Positions 1 through 10,369 of a DNA stretch of 64,000 nucleotides are shown in pieces. The translations under genes and the position numbers were made by a program. Under the pieces are notes generated by a model. It had not been told where the DNA came from. It saw nothing but the letters and a program-made list of their open reading frames with translations, and did no database searches. The stretch's first letter is position 1. Each line of letters starts with the position of its first letter. This stretch comes from Mobula hypostoma (Eukaryota), in the NCBI RefSeq assembly GCF_963921235.1, contig NC_086108.1:106890001-106954000 (forward strand). The letters are read 5' to 3'.

Positions 1-200
1 TTCAACTTTGATATTTGGAATGAGGTGCCAGAAGAAGAGGTTGAGATGGAAACAATAGGAACACTTAAAAGACATTAGGTCAGTACAGGGGCAGTAAAGT
101 TCAAAGGGGCACGGGCCAAATACAGGCAAATGGGAAGAGCTCAGTGGACACCATAGCCAGCATGGATGAGTTGGGTTGAAAGTTTCTACTCTATATCTTA
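1..200 (+). mobile_element. Degenerate CR1 LINE 3' end
   Basis: 'tggaatgaggtgccagaaga...acacttaaaagacatt...ggcaaatgggaagag' parallels the WN.LP...FK..LD...GKWD end and 3'UTR of the young CR1 at 53950-54148. Confidence 0.55.
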
Positions 201-279
201 CACGGTAAACCAAATTAATAAAATAATCATTAGTCCAATTTGAGAGAGAGGATGAAGAAATACAGTCCGAGGCAGTTAG

Positions 280-525
280 GGATTTTCAGCAAGTAAGGCA
301 GCATCTGGGGAGAGGAATAAACAGTCAATGTTTCGAGCCAAGACTCTTCATCAAGAACCTGATGGCAAGGGGGAAGAAGCTGTTGTTGAACCTAGAGGTG
401 AGAAGGGTCTATTACTGAAACATCAGCTGCTTATTAATTTCCATAGATGCTGCCTGACCTGCTGAATTACTCAAGAATTTTGTGTGTGTGGTTTTGGGTT
501 TCCAGCATCTGCAGATTTTCTAAGT
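280..525. mobile_element. Penelope-like terminal fragments in inverted arrangement
   Basis: 'ggcagcatct...gtttcgagccaagactcttcatca' followed by 'atagatgctgcctgacctgctg...tccagcatctgcag'; both match the terminus of the element at 23786-23918. Confidence 0.6.
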
Positions 526-529
526 CATT

Positions 530-1160
530 GAAGAGAGGGTGTGGTCCAGACAGTGGGTGTCCCTGATGATAGACATTGCCTTTCTGAAACATTGACTCAT
601 TGCTCCTGTACCTGTTGGCAGTATTGAGAAGAAGCCTTGTCCAAGTTGGTGGGGTCGTTAATAATGGATGTTACCTTCTTGAGGCATTGCCTTTTGAATA
701 TATCCTGGATGGCGAGGAGGCTGCTGCCTATGACAGGCACTGGGGGAAAAATCTGTTTCCCATCCTAACAGTTCTTGCCCTAATGCTATGGTACCTCCTG
801 TCCAATGATGGGAGATCAAAGAGGTTGTTGGACGGATGGGTGGGATCACTGAAAATGCTAAGAGGCCTGCGCACACAGTATCGCTGTTTGGTTGCCAATG
901 CTGTGCATTGGTGTCTCCATACCAGACAGCAAAGCAACCACTCAAGGAAATCTCCATGGCACATCTGTTCATACAAATCAAACTATTACACTGGGACAGA
1001 GGCTGTCCTGAAGTCTTTTGGGACATGTTCTCAAGTTTGCGTTTCTTCTGTCCAATGGAAAGGGGAGAAAAGCAAGTAACCGGGGTGAGCAGGGTCTTTG
1101 ATTATGTTGTCTGCTTTCCTGAGGTGGAGGAAAGTGCAGATAGAGCCAATGGAATGGAGG
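530..1160 (-). mobile_element. Nested degenerate Rex1/Babar-type LINE 3' fragments
   Basis: Reverse strand reads CFAVWYGDTNAQ...DLPSLDRRYHSIRARTVRMGNRFFPQ, matching the C-terminus seen in other copies (e.g. 19617-19949). Confidence 0.6.
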
Positions 1161-1540
1161 TTCGTTTCCATTACAGGCTGGGCTCTGCTCATAACACAAG
1201 TCTTTCACTATGCTTCTCCCTTCCTCATTTCCCTTGTAACACTTAATAAAATGATTGTAAGCAACAAATTTTATACCTCAGTCGTGACTTCTGAAGAATA
1301 TTTGAATCATAAAACCATCAGGATCCAAAACTGTCCATTCTACCCATGCCTCTTAAAATCTTATAATCCTCCAATAAGTTGCCTCTCATCTTCCATCTCT
1401 CCAAAGAGAAAAGCCCGAAATCACGTAACCTCTCCACTTCAAAAACCTGCCAATGACTTTCTGAGTTCTTGGCCTCACAGTGCTTGAGATCTCTGCTCTC
1501 TAAAGCTCACTTCACCTTATGGGCAATGGTTCAGCTGGGT

Positions 1541-1920
1541 TTGAAGTTCAAGTTCAGTTTATTGTCATTCAGCCATACACTTGTATACCGCCAAACAAAA
1601 CAATGTCCCTTTGGACTGAGGTGCACAACACAGTACATATAATTCAAAGACAACACATAAAGTAATATTACCGCAAATAAATTCACAAATAATAAGGTGC
1701 ATTTACGAAACAATTTAAAAAGTAAATGGTATAATGCTACTAGTGGTTCATATATGGTGAGACCTGGGTGATCGCAGTGAGTCAGTAGTGTTATGGCCTG
1801 GTGGAAGAAGCAGTTTCCCATTCTAACAATTCTTGTCCTAATGCTACGGTATCTCCTGCCTGATGGTAGGGGGTCAATGAGATTGTTGCATTTATGGGAG
1901 GGATCATTGACAATGCTATA
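1541..1920 (-). mobile_element. Rex1/Babar-type 3' end with (ttgaac)n tail
   Basis: 'aagttcaagttcagtttattgtcatt' is the reverse of the AATAAA+tail; 'ctcctgcctgatggtagg' encodes LPSGRR on the minus strand. Confidence 0.6.
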
Positions 1921-2589
1921 GACTTTATACCTTTGACTTTACACTTCATATTGAACTTGTTAAAGTTTACCTTGGCAAGTCATTATTTGGAATGAACTAT
2001 GCAGCTCAGTGGTAAGCACATAAATTAACACTGCTTGAAATCCTGTTGACTTCAATCAGTAACCACGTGTATTCAAGCTCAATTTGTTTCTTAAGCGCAG
2101 AAGCCTTTTGACAAATTATTATCCAGATGACAGCCAGAACAGATGTCGGCGAGGAGAGGACAGTTTAGATTGTCTGAATGCTTGTTTTATTTATCCAAGT
2201 GTGCTTTGAAAGTGCAAAGAATGAAAATCAATGAGTCAGTGATAGATTGTCAGTGGCAAAGCGAGAGATGAATTATATATCTCAGAACTTGAGAAACACT
2301 TACAAGACACTGGTGTAAGAGACGCTTTGTGATCTGGGAACATCCCCTGTTATTAATGTGAGATTCATCACACAACACTTGTCAGTTTCAGTAAGACAGT
2401 CATCAAATGGGGGAAAGTGAAGGCAATTAATTTAGAAAGCAGAGTCGATTTTTGGAAAAACTATTTTCACCTTAGTATGAGAATTCCCTCAAAGCGTGGA
2501 CTCGGAAAGATTTGATGGAAGAACAGTGGGCCCAATTAAAAGATGACAGTGGGGATCAGCTGGTGGAGGCACAGAATGAGGACAGTCAT

Positions 2590-3625
2590 GGAGTCATACA
2601 GCAATGGAACCTAGCCCTTTAGCCCATCTCATTCATGCTGACTGATATGCTTGATGAGCTTCTCCCATCTGCCCACATTTGGTCCATTGTCCTTTAAGTC
2701 TCTTCTATCCATGCACTTATCTAGATGGGTTTTAAATTATGCTAATCCACCCACCTCAACCACTACTTCTGGTAGCTTGTCCAAATAATCACCACCCTCT
2801 GTGCGAAGAAGCTGCTTCTGATCTGCTTTATAAATATCCCACCTCAGATCTTAAGCAGAAAAGATTCTGCAGATGCTGGAAATCCAGAACAGCGTGCACA
2901 AAATGCAGAAGGAACTCAGCAGATCAGGCAGCATCGATGGAAATGAATAAATAGTGGATATTTCTGTCCGAGAAAGGAAAGGGGATGAAGGTGGGGGAAG
3001 GGAATGGAGTACAAGCTTGAAGGTGATAGGTGAAGCCAGGTGGGTGCATGGCGGGGGGGGGGGGCGATGAAGTAAGAAGCTGGGAGCTAAATGGTAAAGG
3101 TAAAGGCTGGAGAAGAAGGAATCTGATAGGAGAGGAGCATGGACCACTGGAGAAAGGGAAGGAGGAGGGCACAAGGGGAGGTGATGGACACCACTCATCT
3201 CTGATCTTAAACCTTCAGCTTTCTGTTTGTAGCAACCCTTTCCTGGGAAAAAACTATGCACTTTCCCCCTTCCTATTTCTCTCAAGATCTTATCAGCACG
3301 CCCCTCAAAACTCTTACATTCCAGGGAATAAAGTCCTGGAGTGCTGTATGTAGTTTCTCCTTGTAACTCAGACCCCCCAAGCCCAGGCAACATCCTGCTA
3401 AATTATTTCTGCATTCTTTCTAGTTTAATAACATCTTACCTATACTAGGGAATCTGAAACTGTACACAAAACTCCAAGTGCAGCCATGCCAATGTCTTAT
3501 ATAACTGCAACGTAACTTCCCAATCCCAATATTCAGTGCCCTGCCTGACGAAGGCCAGCATGCCACATACCTTCTTCACTTCCCCTTCTATGCAGCACCA
3601 CTCTTAGTGAGCTGCGCGCTTGCAC
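2590..3625 (-). mobile_element. CR1 3' portion interrupted by a Penelope-derived fragment
   Basis: Reverse strand: 3'UTR, WN.LP region, then MLPGLGG...LGLYSLE; broken at about 2853-3190. Confidence 0.6.
2853..3190 (-). mobile_element. Penelope-like 3' terminal fragment
   Basis: 'gattctgcagatgctggaaatcc...ggaactcagcagatcaggcagcatc' plus purine-rich 'gaaggtgataggtgaag', as in 22500-22800. Confidence 0.65.
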
Positions 3626-3639
3626 AATGCCTTGTTGGA

Positions 3640-3890
3640 CGCCATGGCAGTGTAGTGGTTGGAGTGTTGCTATTACAACTCAGGGCATCAGAGTTCGGAG
3701 TTCAATTCTGGCATCCTCTGTAAGAAATTGTGTACACCATTTGCGTGTGCCCATAAGTTTTGTCGGAATGCTCCTGTCTCCTCCCACATTCCAAAGATGT
3801 ACCAGTTAATAGGTTAATTGGTCACTGTATATTCCTATGACTAGGCTAGGGCTAAATATGTAGGATTCTGGGTGGCGTGGCTCGGCGGGG
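3640..3890 (+). mobile_element. tRNA-derived SINE (V-SINE-like)
   Basis: A/B-box-like 'ggcagtgtagtggtt...gagttcaattc' and central 'ctcccacattccaaagatgtacc...ggttaattggtc' motif. Confidence 0.55.
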
Positions 3891-4439
3891 TGAAAGTTCA
3901 AAGTTCAAAGTTCATTTATTATCAAAGTATGTAAACATTATACAACCTTGAGATTCGTCTCCTTACAGGCAGCCACAAAACAGAAACCCAAAAGAAACCA
4001 TAAAAAGAGAAGATTGCCAGACACCCCAATGTGCAGAGAAAGGAAGGAAGGAAAAAAAACTACCATGCGAACAATTATTGCAAGCAAATAGCATTCCAAA
4101 TAGAAGTCCACAAAGAGAGGCTGCGAGTCACGCAAATAAAAAAAAGGGTCTGTTCTGCACTGTATAGCTAAACAAAATAAACACTCCTCAAGGTTCTACC
4201 ACTTACTGTAATGGAAGTCCTACCCTGGTTTGATCTCGCAAATTGCAATACCTCATATTTATCTGGATTGAAAGTGAGTTGTTAATCCTCAGCCCACACA
4301 AACTAGATGATCAAAATCCACCTACAATTTTTATAACCTTCTACCATGTCTGCAGCCACACCTAGTATATTATCGTCTGCAGATGTTCTAACCATCCCTT
4401 GCACATTCATGTCCAACTATTTATGTAAATTGCAGCAAC

Positions 4440-5090
4440 AACATGCTGATCATTAACGATAGCAGGAAGAAGCTGGAGGTCCATGAGCTAATCCTCATTA
4501 GAGGATCGGAGTTGGAGAGGGTCAGTAGCTTTAAATTCCCGGTGTCAACCTATCGGAGGATCTGTTCTGGGACCATTACATAAGGGTAATTACAAAGAAG
4601 GCACAAGAGCGCTCCTACTTCCTTAGAAGTTTGCATAGATTTCAGTATGTCATCAAAAGCTTTGACAAACTTCTTTAATGCACAGTAAAGTGTATCCTAA
4701 CTGATTGCATCACGGCCTGGTATAGTATCGCCAATGTTCCGGAAAAGAAAGGTCTACAGAAAGTAGTGGTTGCAGCCCAGTACATCAGAGGCAAAGCCTT
4801 CCCCATCAAAGAGTACATCTACAAGGAGTGCTGCCACAAAAAAGCAGCTTTCATCATCTGAGACCCCCACCATTCACCCCATACTCTCTTCTTACTACTC
4901 CCATCAGGAAGAAGACATAGGAGCCTTGGGCTCCACACCATACCATCCAGTTCAGGAACAGTTATTACCCTACAACTATCAGGTTCTTGAACCTGTGTGG
5001 ATAACTTCACTCAACTCAACACTGAACTGATTCTACTACCTATAGACTCACATTCAAGAACTCATTACAAGCCAGTATTATTTTTATTTT
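4440..5090 (+). mobile_element. Degenerate Rex1/Babar-type LINE 3' end
   Basis: Encodes remnants VERVSSFKF...ITKKAQ...LTNF...ILTDCITAWY...LPSGRR. Confidence 0.65.
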
Positions 5091-5094
5091 GAAC

Positions 5095-5725
5095 ATAGAA
5101 TGCAGAACAGTACAGCACAGTACAGGCCTTTCAGCCCACAATGTTTTGCCAACATATTAATGTACTCTATGTTCAATCTAGCCCTTCTCTTCTATATAGC
5201 CAATCATTCATTTTTCTATCATCCACTGGCCCAAGAGTTTAATTAAATGTCCTTAATATATCTGCCTATGCACCACCCCTGACAGGGCATACCATACATC
5301 CACCACTCTCAGTGTAAGTATTTACCCCTAACATCACCCCTATACTTTCCTCCAATCTCCTTAAAATTAAGCCTCCTTGTATTAATCATTTCCACAGTAG
5401 GAATAAGGCTCTGGCTATATCTATCATCGTATACACCTCTATCAAGTCACTTCTCACCATCCTTCACTCCAAAGAGAAAAGCCTTAGCTCACTCAACCTT
5501 TCCTCATAAGACATGCTTTCTAAACCAGCCAGCATCCTGGTAAATCTCCTGTGCACCCTTTCTGAAGCTTCCACATCCCTCCTATAGTAAGGCAACAGAA
5601 CTGAACACCATTTTCAAAGTAGGGTCTAACTAGGGTTTTATAGAGTGGCAACATTACTTCACAGCTCGTGAACTCAGTCCCCTGACTAATAAAGGCCAGT
5701 AGACCATATGCCTTCTTAACCACCC
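5095..5725 (-). mobile_element. CR1 3' end
   Basis: ORF 5520-5723 (VKKAYGLLAFISQG...LYKTLVRP) homologous to the CR1 ORF2 C-terminus; reversed tail 'catagaa'. Confidence 0.75.
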
Positions 5726-6372
5726 TAAGAACATTGCCCAGCCATTAATTTTCGGGGCATTTCATCTGTATAGGGATTTCTGCTGAAGTGTTTTGAAGAA
5801 AAACACAAAATCATGCTAAAAAAAAATGGAAGATCTCTGCAACTTTTTCTTATCCCCTTCTTCACTTGAAGGAATTTACAGAAGTATTTTATTTTCTTAA
5901 CCTTGCAATCCCATCCATCTTTTCAAAAAAAAAATTGAAAGCATTTTCCTGCAAATAATTAAGACATCAAGTTTAAAGATAATCTTGAATTCATTACATC
6001 ATGTCAGATGCCAAAGTAAATTGCTATTTTTCCCATTAGCCGTACCTCATTTTATTATTACCTTATCTTTAAAAAGCCACTCTATAATTATGAGCTCATT
6101 ATCTGTGGATTCTGCTTTATACTCGATAATAAATAAATTCCTCTGACAGCTTGTTTTACGACAGGCCATGAAACTAGTCATGATAAACACTAAACCAAGT
6201 GACAGAACCTTGGTACTTTTCACTATAGCAACTAAATCCACACGGTTTCCATGCCCAACTGGGAATGCGCATCCAAACTATCTGTCTTGGGATAGTGTGG
6301 AATTGGAGTGGCTGTGGGAAGGATCACAATACTTGACACAAGTGATTCTGCAGATGCTGCAAATCTTGAGCA

Positions 6373-6446
<74 letters not shown>
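6373..6446. repeat. (CA)n microsatellite expanded inside a Penelope terminal fragment (about 6340-6525)
   Basis: Direct reading; flanks 'gattctgcagatgctgc' and 'gtttctggccgagactctccatcaggact'. Confidence 0.9.
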
Positions 6447-6450
<4 letters not shown>

Positions 6451-6525
6451 CTGAAGGAACACAACAGGTTAGGCAACGTCTATGGAGGGGAATGATGTTT
6501 CTGGCCGAGACTCTCCATCAGGACT

Positions 6526-7095
6526 GGAACTCTCGACTTCTCATATCAACTCTCCTGCCCATCGACTCACATTCCCATCACCTGTGTTTGCCTATTACCT
6601 GCATCTTGGACACAGAAGCTAGTGGGGTTCTGCATATTTTCTTATGTTTGTGTACCTCCCCACCAGCCTCTGTGCCCAGTGCATAATTCCCTGTAACTTC
6701 TGCCAATGGGATCCCACCAGCAAGTTCATCTTTCCCTGCCACCACCCCCCCCCATTTTCTGCATTCGACAGGGATCACTCCCTACGTGGCTCCCCGCTCA
6801 CTCGTTCCCTCCCCACTGATCTCCCTGCTGGCACTTATCCTTGCAAGCAGAACAAGTGCTACACCTGCCCCTACACCTCCTTCCTCACCACCACTCAGGG
6901 CCTCAAACAGTCGTTCCGGGTGAGGCGAGGTTTCACCTGTGAGCCTGTTGGGTTCATCTACTGTACCTGTGTGGCTCCTGTATATCAGTGAGACCCGACT
7001 TAGACTGGGAGACTGCTTCGCCGAGCACCTTCGTTCCGTCTGACACAAAAAGTGTGATCGCTTAGTGGCCACCCATTTCAATTCTACTTCCCATA
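6526..7095 (+). mobile_element. Penelope-like element fragment (Cys-rich linker and GIY-YIG endonuclease start); its terminus resumes at about 7500-7630
   Basis: AFDRDHSLR...GTYPCKQNKCYTCPY...FTCE..GFIYC, continuing into 'agactgggagactgcttcgccgagcacct'; parallels 23168-23350. Confidence 0.8.
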
Positions 7096-7659
7096 TACAA
7101 CCCTAAGATTTTTGTTCCCATTGACAGCCACGAAACAAAGAAACCCATTCAAAGATAGCATCAAACACGCAAGGCACAAAAAAGAATGAAGTGTGAAAAA
7201 GGCAAAAAGCCTGGAAGAAACACACAGAATACAGAACGCCAAAACCACAGAGTCCTTGAAACTGTCTAGGAATGTTCAGCACTGCTCAGTTCAATTAGCC
7301 AATAACATAGCCAGACTCCAGTAATTTACACCCGCCACTGAAACCAAGCAGGTTTCGGAGATGTACAGAGGCAACTGGACCACAATTACAGGAAAATGTA
7401 TTGAACAATCACATGGTATATAAAAATACAAACAAGCATAAAAAAATTTCACTACAAGAGAAGTAACAATTCCTCAGCCCAATCCAACAAAAGCCAATAT
7501 CCAGTCCTAATGAAGGGTCTTGGCCAGAAACATCGACACTTTATTCACCTCCATTGATTCTGTCTGACCTGCTGAATTCCCGCAGCATTTTGTGTGAGTT
7601 GCTCTGAATTTCCAGCATCTGCCGAGTCTTTTTCCTAAACAGTAATGGTCAATCATTCC

Positions 7660-8705
7660 TTTCAGGCTGAGTGGTGGGAAGTTTAAAGGGGGATGTCAGA
7701 GTGGTAAATTCTTGTCTATACAGAGAGTGGTAGATGTGTGGAACACACTGTCAAGGGTGCTGTGAAGGCAAATGCATTGGACACACTGTCGAGGATACTG
7801 GTGAAGGCAGATACATTAGACACACTGTCGAGCATGCCAGTGAAGGCAGATACATTAGACACACTGTCGAGCATGCCAGTGAAGGCAGATACATTAGACA
7901 CACTGTCGAGGATGCCGGTGAAGGCAGATACATTAGACACACTGTCAAGGATGCCGGTGAAGGCAGATACATTAGACACACTGTCAAGGATGCCGGTGAA
8001 GGCAGATACATTAGACACACTGTCGAGGATGCCGGTGAAGGCAGATACATTAGACACACTGTCAAGGATGCCGGTGAAGGCAGATACATTAGACACACTG
8101 TCGATTATGCTGGTGAAGGCAGATACATTAGACACACTGTCGATTATGCTGGTGAAGGCAGATACATTAGACACACTGTCAAGGATGCCGGTGAAGGCAG
8201 ATACATTAGACACACTGTCGATTATGCTGGTGAAGGCAGATACATTAGACAGACTGTTGATGCTGGTGAAGGCAGATACATTAGACACACTGTCGATTAT
8301 GCCAGTGAAGGCAGATACATTAGACACACTGTCGAGGATACTGGTGAAGGCAGATACATTAGACACACTGTCGAGGATACTGGTGAAGGCAGATACATTA
8401 GACACACTGTCGAGGATGCCGGTGAAGGCAGATACATTAGACACACTGTCAAGGATGCCGGTGAAGGCAGATACATTAGACACACTGTCGATTATGCTGG
8501 TGAAGGCAGATACATTAGACAGACTGTTGATGCTGGTGAAGGCAAATACATTAGGGACATTCTAGAGACTCAGGCGCATCGATGATAGAAAAATGAAGGG
8601 CTTTATGGTAGGGATGGTTTAGGTTGATCATAGAACTGGTTAAAAGGTCAACAAATATATTGTAGGCGAAAGGCCTGTCCTGCGCTGTACTGTTTTATGT
8701 TCTAT
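7660..8705 (+). mobile_element. CR1 3' end hosting a minisatellite
   Basis: 'gtttaaaggggg...cagagagtggtagatgtgtggaacacactg' before the array; 'gggacattctagagactc...ggcctgtcctgcgctgtactgttttatgttctat' after. Confidence 0.75.
7742..8553. repeat. 39-bp minisatellite, 20 units plus one degenerate lead unit (two units are 36 bp)
   Basis: Unit gacacactgtc-N10-gtgaaggcagatacatta read from 7780 onward at 39-bp spacing. Confidence 0.95.
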
Positions 8706-8789
8706 CTTGGGTGCTCTAGAAGCAGTTGACTGGCTTGTAATTACCTAATGACTGCAAGTTAAAACTTAGCAAGAATGGAAAAATGATGA

Positions 8790-9405
8790 TGTTTGACTGA
8801 CTGCATCACAGCCTGTTATGGAAACACCCAGAAACTTGAATGGAAAATCCTACAAAAAGTAGTGGATCTGTCCCAGTCCATCACGGATAAACCCCTCCCC
8901 ACCGTTGAGCACATCTATGTGGAGCACTGTCTCAGGAAAGCTGCATCCATCACCGGGGATTCCTGCACCTAGGTCATGCTCTCTTCTCACTGCTGCCATC
9001 AGGAATAAGGTACAGGAGCCTTAACACTCACTCCACCAGGTTCAGGAACAGTTATTGCCCCTCAGCCACCAGGCTCTTGAACCAGAAGGGATAACTTCAC
9101 TCACCACATCACTGAACTGTTCCCAAAACCTATGGACTGGCTGTCAAGCCTTCTTCATCTCATGTTCTCAATATTTCCTATTTATTTATTTACTTATTCA
9201 TTTATTTGCTTGTTTATTTTCTCCTTTGTATTTGCACAGTGTATTGTCATTTGAACTTTGGCTGATTGTCCAACCAATTGGGTGCACTCTTTCATTGATT
9301 CTATCGTATTTCTTGGATTTACTACGAATGCCTGCAAGAAAACAACTCTCAGGGTTGTATGGTGACAAATATGTATTTTGATAATAAATTTACTTTGAGT
9401 TTTGA
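8790..9405 (+). mobile_element. Rex1/Babar-type 3' fragment
   Basis: LTDCITACYGN...LQKVV...LPSG; ends 'ataataaatttactttgagttttga'. Confidence 0.65.
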
Positions 9406-9499
9406 ATAACTTAAAAATAATTTTCCTGAATAGCAGCAGAAATGCACAAACTGGATTCTCTCTTTAACGTTCTCACATCTTGATACTGTTCTTGAGTAC

Positions 9500-9985
9500 A
9501 TAGAAATATTACATCATACAGTAGAGAAACAGGTTCTTCACCCACAATGACCATGATTCTCATCTAAACTGATCCCTTTTGTCTGTATTTGTCCTATATG
9601 CCTCTAAACCAGGAGTTCCCAACCTTCTTTTATGGCATGGAGCCTTATCACTAACTGACGGGTCCGTGAACCCCAGGTTGAGAAGCCCCGCTCCAAACCT
9701 TTCCGATCTATGAACGTGTCTGGGTCTTTAAAATATTCAACATGAGCCTCAGCCACTTCCTCTGACAGCTCACACTGACCATGATCTGGACCCCTCAAGT
9801 CCCTTTTAATTTGTTCCTCTCTCAGCTATGCCCTCAAGATTTTGTTTCCCCTTCTCTGTGAAAAAGAGCCTTGTCTAAACCCCTCATGGTTTTATACTGT
9901 ACATCTCTCATAAAGTCACCATGCTGTCTCCTACACTCCGAGGAGGAAAGTCTCAACCTGCCTAACTTCTCCCTATAACTCAGAA
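9500..9985 (-). mobile_element. Degenerate CR1 3' end
   Basis: 'catagaaa...aaacagg' reversed 3'UTR and 'cccctcatggttttata...ctccctataactc'. Confidence 0.55.
9610..9690. mobile_element. 81-bp hAT (Charlie-like) MITE
   Basis: Imperfect TIRs caggagttcccaacc / ggttgagaagccccg; 8-bp TSD ctctaaac (9602-9609) / ctccaaac (9691-9698); a second copy lies at about 55683-55762. Confidence 0.7.
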
Positions 9986-10369
9986 TCAGTTTTAAAATCA
10001 CCGGACACACAAAGTGCTGGAGGAACTCAGCAGGCCAGGCAGCATCTATGGAAGAGAGTAAACTCTCAAACTTTTGGGCTGAAACCCTTCATCAGTCCTG
10101 AGAGAGGGTTTCAGCCTGAAACATCAACAGTTATTATTATGCATAGATAGATAAGTAGTACAAAAATAGAAATAAGAAGTAGTGAGGTAATGTTCATGGG
10201 TTTAATAACCATACGGAAATTGGATGTCAGATGGGGAGAAGTTGTTGAGTATGTGCCTTTAGGCTTCTCTGGTGCTAGCAATGAGAACAAGGAACGACCT
10301 GGGTGATGGGGGCACTGAATGATGGACGCTGCCTTTTTAGGACATCGCTTCTTGAAAATATCCTGGATA

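Noticed and set aside
6168..6686. ORF with a poly-HT tract
   Set aside because: Reads through a (CA)n microsatellite and Penelope fragments
7742..8553. CRISPR-like look (constant 29-nt block alternating with a variable segment)
   Set aside because: Variable parts are only 7-10 nt, recur, and are point variants of one another; the unit derives from CR1; no cas genes; eukaryotic context
7716..8585. 255-283 aa repeat-protein ORFs on both strands
   Set aside because: Consequence of a stop-free 39/36-bp unit; no splice, promoter or homology support
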